A DNA stretch of 52,956 nucleotides, filler included, from Bipalium vagum (taxonomy: Eukaryota), in assembly GCA_037834085.1 (NCBI GenBank). It is 3 parts of 3 records of this genome, joined end to end, with 100 filler letters (N's around TTAATTAATTAA, not from the genome) between each part and the next. Parts side by side here need not be neighbours in the genome. Positions count along the whole stretch, not along the records: positions 1 to 19,761 come from JBBMKC010268417.1; 2 more parts are not named here. One strand, 5' to 3'. The translations under genes and the position numbers were made by a program. Below the pieces are notes generated by a model. It ran no database searches. It was not told where the DNA came from and worked only from the letters and a program-made list of their open reading frames with translations. Shown here in pieces: positions 1-12,000 of this stretch (position 1 is its first letter; each line of letters begins with the position of its first letter).

Positions 1-900
1 ATTAGATCAGGGTCCGCAATTAGGGACAGATTTAGGTTTTAGTGCCTAAAAGGAAATTGATATTCCCCATTAAGAATGCTGGTCTACGACTAAGAAGCTG
101 TCTGATCAGTAAAAGGTACTAGAATCATCATTGGATTGCCATAAAAATTAGAGTTAGTAAAATGTTGTTAAGTATTTTAGAGCACCAGAACCAGTATTAT
201 TATTTTTTGATCGTCAGAAGCCGAAGTCATTTATTTGCTAGAAGTTTGCAAAATTCATTATGTCTATGCAGGTTTTAATGCGGCAGGAGTAAGAGATGGA
301 TCCTTTACTGTTAGGGTGTTTATGAGCGTACCAGCTTGAGCTCATCAAACAATCTTTTAAAACGATGAGAGTTGTTTTTCTATTTAAATTAACATTCGAT
401 CTAACTAATATTAATTAATTGGTTGGCTTGCTTTTCATTATAGTTTTATTGGTTCTGACTTTTCATTGTAGATTGTGCTACTGTTAGATACGGTTGTGTA
501 ATTGTGTTAGAAGAATAGTTTTATTGTAATAATTTGATTCAATTATTTGTGAACACGTTATTGAGAAAAGTGACAAGGTAACTAAATTTAGGAGCTAAGT
601 GTTACGTATAGTTTCATAGTAATATAAAGCGTAAAACTTCTGTTCCAAAGATTAGTGCTTCTTTATGAACCTGTGAATTCCCAATCCTTATTTCAATTTT
701 TTTAATATACTGGAATCAATGGTTGGCTGTATGTTTTGTATTTTATTTTCGATTGCGCGCTCAATTACAATGGAAAAAAAGATACACTTAAACAAAATCT
801 TTTTCAAATGAAATTCCCCAGATTTTATTTTCCATCTTGTGTAGTCTGCTAAAGTTTTAATCAACAAGTTAACAAGTGGGGAGTGCATTTTTCTTAACAA
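1..900 (-). mobile_element. Decayed Ty3/Gypsy pol fragment (RT connection/RNase H)
   Basis: Minus strand NSQVHKEALIFG resembles the RNase H YSQIEKEALAIIFG motif; many stops and frameshifts. Confidence 0.4.
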
Positions 901-1399
901 TTTATTGGAACTATTTTTTCCGTCTCAATTCACGTAATATTTTAAAATATTTTCAATCTTAATTAAAAAATAATTGTGACATATTTTTAATTTTCATTCT
1001 TACATCTGATGGGGGTGGAGCTTGACGATTTCTTCAGGGATTCATTTAAGCTAGTTGAACAGAAAATCATCGTTAAAATAATGTCTTTACTTTTCTTTAA
1101 TTAATTTTTTAAAAATAAAGTCTTATGATGCTCTCAAGCAGGAAAATAGCAACTTTCGAACAAGTTTCATAAATTTATGTCTTGTTTTTAGAGAACCATC
1201 TTCTGCGAATAAGGAAATCAATTATTAATATTTTCAGAAAAAACTTCATCTCGTTTCAATTAGTGTAATGTATTTTTTGCTTCGACATTATCCACGGTCT
1301 TTGGTTTTTATCGAAATAATCTGAGTACTGGAAAAGGGAAACGATTTTTGGGAAATAACATATCTTCAACATTAACATTAGCAACTACTCGAAACTTGT

Positions 1400-1878
1400 C
1401 CTGGGTCAATAAAAGTATGAATCTGCGTGTTCATTAAACAGTAATACAGATTGACGAGATTATATTATTATGAACATTTGATTTCGCTAGGCTGTTATGG
1501 TTTTTCATAATTATTTCTGATATTTTTCTCAAATCCACATTGATTGCTCAGGATTTCGTCAAATTCGACAACGGACCTTATTCAACATTTCTGTAGTTAA
1601 TGCAGTAGGATGCCCACTTTGAGATCATCTTGTGTACCACCAGCCTCTTCATATCATTTTACATCAATGTACACATTCCTTTGATTGTACCTCGTTCTGA
1701 TAATGTCCAATGTTTTAATCCTGGTTTTGTTTTCTCGATTCATATTTGAAGATTTTCAGTTAACATTTTAACAAATTTATATTAAAAAGTAAATAAAAAC
1801 AATTTTTTTGAAAAAAGTTTATGAGAATTCTTAAAATTGTCTTTAAGAAAATTGAAAGAACATTTTCCGCATCCTGGA
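1400..1878 (-). mobile_element. Tc1/mariner (maT/DD37D-like) relic, 5' end
   Basis: YEEAGGTQDD/SGHPTALTTEMLNKVRCRI*RNP (HTH, GRP-like); TIR core AGGATGCGGAAAATGTT shared with the element at 20235. Confidence 0.6.
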
Positions 1879-2429
1879 TAAATTTGGTTGCATTACCTTT
1901 CTGGAACATTTTGCATCATTGCAGTTTTAACTCTTTTAAAATGCTTTATAATACCAAGCTTTCTCTGCCTTCATAAAAACGTTTTGTTCATTCATAAATT
2001 ACTGACCTGAAAGGTGACAAGCAGAAATTCCAATCCAATTTAAATTAGAAATTTGATGTTACATTTAATTTCGAAATTTTCATTATAAACTGTTGTCAAG
2101 GAAACTATATATTGATATATATGTAAAGAAAATTTGTAAAAAACGCGAGTTATTATGACTCACCCTAATATATAATTAGTTCATTTAAAAAAAAACTTGA
2201 ACACAAGTTATTATTACGGTATAACTATGCTATTAACATTAAGAAAGAATTACCCTAAATTCCGTAGGTTATTTATCGGAAAATTGGGTGAGTTCAGTGG
2301 AAACTCACGCAACGGCGTATGTTTGAGTTCGGATTATCTATGTAAATTTGTAGTTTATTTAATTATCGAGACCGTCAAATTCCTCGTCAGATCTTGTAAT
2401 AAAGTTACCAAACATATCATATATAAGAA

Positions 2430-2690
2430 TCTGGAATGCTACGCTCGATTTTATCTTTAGATCCGTCATTATTTGTGGCATGAGATACCACAGTTGCTTG
2501 AATTTCTTGTGGATATTCTCATATATTGTCGACTTAACATCAATTTTCAATGGAATCTAATGTTAATTCCTTCCAACTTTCGTCGATCCATTGTCATATT
2601 TCATCTTAAGAAGTCCTATTCAATGATCCAGTCTTCGTAAAGTTCAACTTTCATTTCTTCTGCCGAAAATCCATATCTTCAGTTGTGATT
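2430..2690 (-). mobile_element. pogo/Tigger-like transposase C-terminal relic
   Basis: QWIDESWKEL ... CGIS...NDGSKD across frameshifts resembles pogo WxxxAWxxI..SFKKCGIS..DGSED. Confidence 0.5.
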
Positions 2691-2702
2691 CCAATTCTGG
2701 CC

Positions 2703-2756
<54 letters not shown>
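2703..2756. repeat. (AAT)n microsatellite
   Basis: 18 perfect units. Confidence 0.97.
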
Positions 2757-2758
<2 letters not shown>

Positions 2759-3352
2759 ATTTCTAGGTGTAAATTCTCTTTATTATCTTTAAAAAAAACA
2801 AAAGGTTATCTACTAAATATTATTTTATTTATTTTCCAACAATAAAAAGGATTCAGCTATCTCTATACGTGTGGCTAATATTATCCTAAATATTAATTTT
2901 ACAATAATTAGATTGTGAGTTTCTTTTTTAAAGAATACCAATTCAAAGCCTATTTGCATTAATTGGTATAAAATTTGATTATTATATTAAATGGGATTCC
3001 TTTAGCATTCATTGCTTAAACGGATCTATTTTTAATAAAGCATAAATTGGTAAATTTGGATTTTATTTGTTACTTTTGAATATTATTTTATAAATTAATA
3101 GAAATTCTTTATAGAAATAGTCTTTGTGGAAATTATATTTGCACAGGAATTATTAGGGCTATTTGCAACCCATTAATGGTATTATAATTATGTAATGACA
3201 TTGTATAATTCTCTACTTACTGAATAAATTTATAATTATTCTCTTTCATTTTTCCCTTTCCACACTTTATTAAATTAACAGTTGCTAAATTGAAAATAAA
3301 AAATAAGACGAAGAATTTGCTTCATCTATCTTTTTATCCTTATTATTAATCC

Positions 3353-3354
<2 letters not shown>

Positions 3355-3402
<48 letters not shown>
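3355..3402. repeat. (TTA)n microsatellite
   Basis: direct inspection. Confidence 0.95.
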
Positions 3403-3405
<3 letters not shown>

Positions 3406-3739
3406 AATTATATTTCAAATTTTAAAATCAATGGTTCTCAACCCTTTTCACTAACGTACCCAAAATAATTATTTTTACTTATAATAATTTCACGACTTCA
3501 AGGTTTAGAGAAGAAATTTCATGTAATATACAAAAATTCCATGGTTACTCTTATGATCACTTTGACTACTAAGTTGTGACACATTCAAAAATTTTATAAT
3601 CCCTTTCTTTAATAGTGGTTTCAAACAAGATTTAAAGGTGATTCTGAAAGAAATAAATGAATTGGAATGTCAATTAATCCTTTATTGATAAATATATATA
3701 TCTTTTATTTTATCAAAGGTAATCGGAATGCTTTCCGTA

Positions 3740-4030
3740 TTATTTCTGGCCGTAGATTTCAACTGGACAATATGACAGCAACATACAACCAGTATAACAA
3801 AAAAGGTTCTGCAAGAATCAGAAATGGAAACGATAACTTAGTTTATTTATCAGATGTATCTCCTATTAAACATGTGTGAGATATCATTGGTTGATATCAT
3901 CTTCAATCTTCCCCTGCAATATCTAAAACATGAATGAATTAAAAATCATCTTCATTAAATATGGAACCACATATTTCAAGTAGAAATAAACCTTCTAATT
4001 AATTGTACTCCAAGTAGAAAGTCACGGTCA
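3740..4030 (+). mobile_element. Tc1-like transposase relic
   Basis: FQLDN...SDVSPIKHV*DIIG...IWNHI resembles FQQDNAxxH / SPDLSPIEHVW. Confidence 0.65.
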
Positions 4031-5190
4031 GTTCAATAATCCATACTATAAACAATCATTCAGCAAAATAAAACAATTAAAACTAGTTGAGACTTATGAT
4101 ACGATTGACAGTACTATATATGATAGGCAAGTTATACATTTAATTAAGCAGTTGCAAATGATCTGAAGAGAAATGTCAATCAATTTTAACTCCCACGTTA
4201 AGAAAAAAATCCCGATATCATTTTCAAGTGTCATCTTTAAAGTGAGTACTTGACATCAATGAATGAAACAGATAATTCCTTAAACCTAAGATATTAAACG
4301 CAAAAATAAATAAACTTATTTGAGGAGGGGAGATGGTAATGAAGTCAACTCGGTTTTCTTGGGATTGTGACTTAAGATAATATTTAGCTGGTAAAAGCAA
4401 ATAGAAAAATAACGATTAGCAGAGAGAATTAAATTAAAACGGAATTGTGATTTGATTTTAATTCAACCCAATATATTCTTTTCTCTTGGTGAAACTATGT
4501 TTGGTATTTCTGTTTCCTCACAACCATAAAAAAATCAAAAATATAATAACCCATGTACCTTAAAGGTGACATACCGTTGCCAAGGATATGTGCAATACAA
4601 CCACATTTACTAATTAAATACATAAAAAATAATGTCAGGGTAAGGTATAAATAAAATATGATGCAAATAAAGTAACAAACAAATGTATTAAGGTTATTTA
4701 AAAATAATATTATAAATAAAAAACATCATTCACACTGTTCTAACATTTTGTACAACCCTTCTCTTCAATATTTCCAGTATTCATGGATAGCAGCAGCAAA
4801 TCTTGGAGAAATTTTCAAATCAAAATAACGGTACGAGATTTTCTCGTAAAATCAGATTTTTTTGATAGCACCATCATGGAAGTCTTATTTCAACTGTTAA
4901 AATTGTATATTATCATCAACTTAACTTTAATGGTTGCACTAATAAGAGTAATGAGGTTAAAAGTTAAAATTGACGAGAGTTAAAACTTTCATTTATCGTA
5001 GATCCATTTTGTAATGGTATAAGTTATTAAAAATAAATTTACAAAAGAACTTTATAATACATGAAATCAGCATTTCATATAATATTGGGCTGTAACATGA
5101 TTTTTCGTGATTTTATTAATTTATAATTTTGTTTTACGGTATCATACTTACTTAATATCAAATACATTTATTTGAAAGATCCATTTTATT

Positions 5191-5980
5191 TTAACACAAA
5201 ACCTACCAAAGGAATTTTATACTTAAACCAAATAAAACCAGAGCTTTTATAAAAAAATATATAAAAATAAAAAACCATATAAACATTTATTGTACAAAAA
5301 AAACCCTGTAGAAAAATGAACCAATAAAAATTAAGTATTTATTACGTAATATATACTATTTTTAAGAAAATCAAATTAAATTAAACATTTATTTATATCA
5401 ATAGATCGACTGAACATGGGACCAAAAATAAAAGAATATTTCGGATCGATTGCCGAATTTCTGCCTCCACAAAAAATCCTGCAGATAATCGGTATATCTG
5501 TCTTTGCTGTACGCATTTAATCCATGCTACTTTTTGATCTTCATTTTGAAGCGTGTCCACATGTTTTCCACATTTTGGGTATAAATAAATATTACTTATA
5601 TCTGTAATTGTCACATTCTTCAAAGCATCAAGTGCATTAATAGTAGCCATATTAAATTAAAACAATTATGCAATAAAACAGTGTGTATTACACAATACAC
5701 ACTTCATTTTGCTACAGGATTTTTTTTGTACAATAGCGCCCATTTATTGACCATAACATTTTTTACAAATTACTGGAATCTCTGTTCGACATTTCCCGCA
5801 TACGAATTTTTCACATTGTTGACAAATTTCATTTTTTTGTTCTTATCTGACATATTTTTCGTTTATCACCAACTGAGCTTTTGTCTGCACTTGTAATTGT
5901 CATTTTTATTACACTCTCATTTGTTAAGTTTTTTGCCAGTTTAAATAAAAAATCTTGTCTTGAAATCTTTTCTCCTGTTG
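5191..5980 (-). mobile_element. piggyBac 3' fragment (Cys-rich domain, extra ORF, TTAA-CAC terminus)
   Basis: ATGEKISRQDFLFKLAKNL...KRKICQI...CQQCEKFVCGKC...CKKC* (5980-5747); terminus TTAA|CACAAAACCTACC at 5191. Confidence 0.72.
5393..5650 (-). pseudogene. Cargo ORF inside piggyBac end, possible OB-fold/Zn-ribbon relic
   Basis: 85-aa ORF with YLYPKCGKHVD...WIKC...YRL, lying between the transposase stop and the TIR. Confidence 0.3.
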
Positions 5981-7477
5981 CAGAAGCGGTCAAAGAAACT
6001 TTTAATGTGTATGGTCAACATGTTTTTTGCTCTAGAATACTGTAAAATATTAGTAACAAAATTCAAAAATGGTACATTAAACTTTCAAAACACTTTCCAT
6101 TCTGGTATCTCACCAATTTCGATGATGAACAATTGATCGCACTCGAAAAGAGGACTACCGTCAAACATGCAGAAATATGTTTCAGAGAATGAACAGCAAT
6201 CCAACGAGTTTTTGGTTACATAAAATCAAACGGGAATAGTCAAAAAGTGGGTGCTTGTGCTTAATATCAGCTAAGAAAAAAAAATCAAAGAAAGTAGTCA
6301 AAAAATTGTTGTTCAAAAACTTGCAAGACACCGAGCAATACGGGTTCACAAAGAACGGTTGATTTTTCAAATAATTACGGAAGATGAGAAATACTGCTTC
6401 CATAAAAACTAAGAGTCCAAGAAGAAGTGATTAGCTCCTGTAGCACATCAGAGCCCGGAATTAAACAAAATGTACGTCCCAAGGAAATCATTATATTTGT
6501 TTGGTGGAATTGGACTGTTCTCATATAATTGGAAATGATCCAAAAAATGAGATAGTCTACATATATACACCAATTTCATTGAGTAAACTACATTATGAAA
6601 GGGAAAAAACAGCAAAAACTAACAAAACGATATCTTGATGATATCGCAAATCAATATATAGCAAACATATATCGCAAAAAAAAGTCTACAAGTACTCGAT
6701 TGAGAGGTTATTCAACAGCCTTTGTATCTTTATTTTCTTTCTTACCAAATGTTAAGGATAAGTTTTGAGAAGGGCGTTTTAAAAAAAGTTAATTAGTTCT
6801 TTCTCAGTAGATTTAATAGTTTCTGGAATAAAGATTACAATGAAGATGTGAGAAGGTTCTAAATAATAACGAAAATATCATTATCAATCGATTTTTTTAT
6901 TATTAATTGTAAATAAAATGTTTTATTGCTTATAAAGTTTTATTATAATTATAAAAAACCAGGAAAAATTGTTACAACCCAATAGTTACTTGGGTTTGGT
7001 GACTGTTACTGTGGTAATATTGTTTAATTCTTATAATCATTCGATTATGTATAATCTGTCCGTTATTGCAGATGCAATGAACTCAACTCTGTAACAGAGG
7101 GTGTCTCATGAGATCTGATGATCACAGTTAAAACTGTATTGCATGTTACTTGCATTTCTATTTCATTGAAAAAGTACACATTGAAATTGACTTAATTTGT
7201 TAAAAAGTCACTTTAGGGTTTGAAAAAATTAAATGTGGTGGTCCGAAGAGGCATCTGGTGCCTACTACCTCACCAAGTGTAGAAAACAACTTTTCAGAAT
7301 AATTTATTTATTCTCTTTTCTGTTAATATTTCTAACAAAATTTAAAATAAAAAATATTAAAAGAGAATTATAAAGGTAAAATAAGTTTCATGAATCAATT
7401 ATTTTTATGAACGAGAAAGCTTAGCATGTTTAATCTTATTAATTTTAAACTTTATTATAATAAATTATCGAATATAC

Positions 7478-8760
7478 CAGGTCGTTCGAAAATGTTTACC
7501 TTTTTACATATTCATTAAAAAGTATAGATGTTTGTGAATAAAACAATGTTTATAATATCATTTATATATCAAAAATTATGATCTTAGAAAAGCATTGTTA
7601 TTTTTGTTTAAATATATTATTTTATAAGCTATGGACCATGAAATAAGCACGAAAAATAAACAGCGGTGCATGAAATAGATTTTCTTTAAAACAAATTTGT
7701 GGAAATTCATCAACAGTTTTGCCATGTAAACTAAAATGAGACAACTGGTGTCGGCAAGGTTAGAAGATAGATAAATTGAGTAAAAAATGAAGATTCCAAT
7801 ATTAAAGACAAGCTCAAAAGCGAAAGACTAACCACCAGTAAGAGAAATTCAAATTCTAAACTTGCTATTGATTAAATCCGTGATAACCGATGAATAAAGG
7901 GGATCAAACTGTCCGAAGCAGTCGGAATAACTATTGGAATTATTCATTCAATAATTGATGAATTGGGCTTCAAAAAATTGTTAGGTCAGGAAATGAAAAA
8001 AACAAACGATATGTACAATTTCAACATTACGATGGATTTATACGAGGACAGTTCACTAACTCAGTTAAATATAAAGAAAATATACATGAAAATAATAAAA
8101 TCTCTTTCAGGTTAATGAAAATATAAATGCTGTAAAAGGTCGATTTTCAATTTTTTCATTAAAAAAAGAGATAAGATGATTACAGAAACAACACTAGACC
8201 TTATTAAGTATGATGAAAACTTTCCCGTCATTAACTTTATTATGGCCGATAAACCCAAGCAGATGCCCAAATTCTGTGATACTGGAAATGTTCAAAAATA
8301 TCCAAATATACTCTCCTCTATAAAACTGAATTAAAGTTCACGAGATTGTTTTTAAGGATAGGACATTCATTTTTTTAAAAAATAATAATTTCAGATTGAA
8401 AAGCTTTCCTCAAGATGAATTCTAAGTCTGTTCACAATTGACCAAAATATTATTTTAAGGATTAGCATGACATAAACTCAGTCAATCATTTTGAAAGCAG
8501 TCTAGAATGGAAAATGTTGTCATAATATTGATACTTTTGTATGAAGAAATTCAAAGAAAAAAACTACACGTTTTAAGGAACAGCGAATCTTCATCATCAT
8601 TACGGTATTGATAAGAGAAAACTTCATCACCCAAGGCTTGAAACGTTTTTGAATAATTATTCAACATTTAAGTGAAACAGCTGTTATAAAATTCATCGAA
8701 AAGAAATAGAATTATGTTGAGAAAAAGACATTATTTAAAAGAACATCGAGAAAAAATATA
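7478..8760 (+). mobile_element. Two adjacent decayed mariner relics
   Basis: QRC..F..EIHQQ; IIDELGFKKL; second TIR-like TACGAGGACAGTTCA at 8041; C-terminal KFIEK..NYVEK. Confidence 0.55.
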
Positions 8761-8843
8761 AAAATTATTTATATTTCGTATGGAAATCTTGATAGACCAA
8801 GATTTGAACTCGACTCTTTCATAAGATATAATGATTTACTAAC

Positions 8844-9085
8844 CGGAGTACTTTTCTACTGTTGACTGATAAATACCAATAACACTTAATGTGATATTTT
8901 CGAAGATTCCCAGCCCTGTTCCTGAGACTGAATCCAGTTGTCTTACATCTGAGAGGTAGAGCTTATTGATCTGTGGCAATAGGTTTATAGACGTTATTAA
9001 ATACGGGTTTGCCAAAGGTTTATTTTGCTTGGATACATTAACATTTATATCTATTGTAGGAATACTAAAAGTCTTCCGTTCGCAT
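8844..9085 (-). CDS. calsyntenin-like exon f
   Basis: CERKTFSIPTIDINVNV...GLGIFENITLSV; donor GTTAGT. Confidence 0.82.
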
Positions 9086-12000
9086 CTAATTAAAATCATC
9101 ATATATAATATTAATAACTTGAATTATCTCACGTCATTTCAGTTTGAATGGTAATTACTCGTATCCCCGGAATCGGACTCCAGCTAGGATTTGTGTATCC
9201 AATCACTTCTACAAGTCTTGCAACCTCTTCAACATTATGGCCGTTTATAATAATAGTTTGCATCTCAGAATTTAAAGAAACCGACATTCCTGGATTCATT
9301 TGGTTAAGCCCATTGAAATGAAGACGCTCCATACATTTCATTAAACATCGAACATTGGTACTTTTTAGAATAATTCTTGGTAATAGAATGAATCCAGCCA
9401 AAAAACCCTATAAAAGGTTTATGTGAGATAAAAAAAATCAATTAAAATTTCCCTAAATAATATATTTTTTTAATTTTAAGTATTTAGATGGTCAAAATGT
9501 TCAGCCTAATTAAACGTTGGTTTGGTCATTTCTATTGTATCATTATTTCACTGGTAATATAATAATAAACTATAATCTTTTAATAATACATGTATATAAT
9601 GAATACTGATAATTATTAAAGAACTTTCATGATATTTTTTCAATGTTGTTCTGGGACAAAGTTGAAGCATGAGGTAAGATTTAAGTATCTCTAAATAATT
9701 AGAATCATTCACATTTTCATTAAAGAATCGAAAAGTGAAAATCGTTAAATAAAATAAAATATAACTTATGTGGGGTTTTAAAATCTGATAATTTCTTTTT
9801 ACACGGTGTAAAATGTCATAACCATCTTTAAAATTCAAAATCATTTCCATAGCCTATATTATGTTAACCACAAACAATGTATACAATGTATATACATGTA
9901 TACAATGAAACAATGTATAATCCATTTACGTGGTAACTTTAAAGGAAAACCGAGTGGATATTGATCAAAGCTTTTTTAAAAAAACTTAAAAATAAACTTA
10001 TTTAAATAAGTTTAATAGACAAAATTAACGAACACATCACATGTACAGTACGTTACCTAATACCGCGAACAAAAACCTATGAAGATAAAAACATGTCTTA
10101 GGATTCATGGATTCTCCTTCACGATAGTGCTCCGTGCCAACGAAGCCAGATGGTAAAAGATTGTATGTGCTAGGCTTTCTTCTACAAAATCCAGATTTAA
10201 ATCCAATAGAAAATCTATGGTTTCTTTTGAAAAGACTGCTGAAAAAGTACTTCATGCATAATATAGACCGATTTCATGGTATAAAAATATCTTACACAAA
10301 AAAATAAACGCTGTTATTTAGGTTTTCATATATTATCTTAGTACCTAGATAAGCTTTCTAAGGGATATCTTTGCTACTGGTTAAATTAAAAACGAATATC
10401 GCATTTGGATCGTGTTTCAGAATAAAAATTCATTAGTGAATAATTGTTTCACTTATAACAAGAACATATACAATAAACTTTGGGGTTTTGGGTATCTTAA
10501 TCATTATCACGTCATTCAATAAGTTAAAAAAACAATTTTTCAATAATTTTTTTAATAAAATATTTTGTTCGTTCTGTATTATCTTTTCCAATCTTTTTGG
10601 TAAACATTCTTGTGTTTATTATAATCATACAGAATAATATGTCCAAAATGATCATTTCCATTTCAAGTAAACTAAAAAGTCGGAAAACAAATAAAATAAT
10701 TGTAAATTTTAAATTCAAAATTGTATATTGAAGGCAAGATCGATGAAATCTATTTTATGTACATAATATATATATACATATATATATATATTATTACTAT
10801 ATATTCCATGTACTTTGAGTAGTCTTTTGCAAGATTACCAAAACTGAATTACTTCTAGGATGACCTAATATTTAATTCGACTTTGTCTTGGACACTTGTT
10901 TAAGAAGCGCTATGTAGATCACAGAAAACACGACACCTGTGAGAAGAAACTTGTGGATGCCTTGCTTAGGTATCCAATAGGCTATAAAATTGCTACGGAG
11001 TTTGTTTTAAAGGATAAAACTTTGTTTAATTTATTGTACGAAATTTTTAATTAATTTTTTCTATAATTCTCAAGTCACTCTAGCATTTTTATATTTTTTT
11101 GTAAAATTTAATTTAATGTTATTAAAATTATTATTAGTGATCGTCTCGAATGGAAAAAAGCAGTTAATAAAAAGATAATTAAAATTTTTGAGACAAAAAT
11201 AAAAACCACACAAACAAGATTAGATAACTAAATTATTTTTTTTTAATAATATTTAATAAAAATAGCGTAAATAAATAATAAAACAAGATTATATTTCAAC
11301 GATGAGAGGGTTCTCAAAGGACATTGAATATCATCATAAAATACGAGAGATAGATTAGGAAAAAGACAAAAAAAATATTGCTTTATTGTCGGGAATAATT
11401 GATTTTTCTAAAAAAAAACTTTACTCAATATTTAGAGAATAATTTGTTCTATTATTGCTTTCGTTTAATACAATTAAAGTAATTAATTCCTTTTTCATTA
11501 AGCATATTGTGATTGCCGTTACTGTTGCCGTAATTACAACGTTGAGAATTGAGTTTATGGGCATTTTTGTTTGATTTCGTTTTATTTAATGCGTTTCGTT
11601 TCTTTTGATAAAAAGTGTTTCATTTTATTATTTAATAAATCATTGGGGATTAAAGAGACAAATGCCGAACAGAAGAATTTCGATTCAAACAATTAATTAC
11701 GAGTGTCTTTCTTCTACCAAAAACCATCTTAAAGAAGAATATTAATTTGGAAGTTGACCTCTGAGACATTCTGAAATTCGCTGGCAGTTCTCTAATTTTT
11801 AGACAAATCAAAGTTAAACAAAAAATCGTAGATCGTACTTTTATTTTTGATAAAACTTATTTTTCATACATTTGGAAAGTCTGAATGCCATATGCACTTA
11901 TACGGCTGCAGACTTATTAATATCCAAAGTCAGTTTTATAAGTAAATTTCTGAAACGAGTCTAGTGAAGGGTTCCTCAGAGAATTAGCAGAAAACTACAG

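Larger units (their letters stand above)
5085..6982 (+). mobile_element. mariner element with both TIRs and TA TSDs, interrupted by a piggyBac fragment
   Basis: TA|TTGGGCTGTAACATGATTTTTC at 5085 and inverted GAAAAATTGTTACAACCCAA|TA ending 6982; degenerate transposase ~5980-6880 (FDDEQLIAL...). Confidence 0.75.

Noticed and set aside
7065-7157. Minus-strand frame EMQVTCNTVLTVIIRSHETPSVTELSSLHLQ* as the next calsyntenin exon
   Set aside because: Phase fits, but there is no resemblance to the expected calsyntenin continuation and it ends in a stop.
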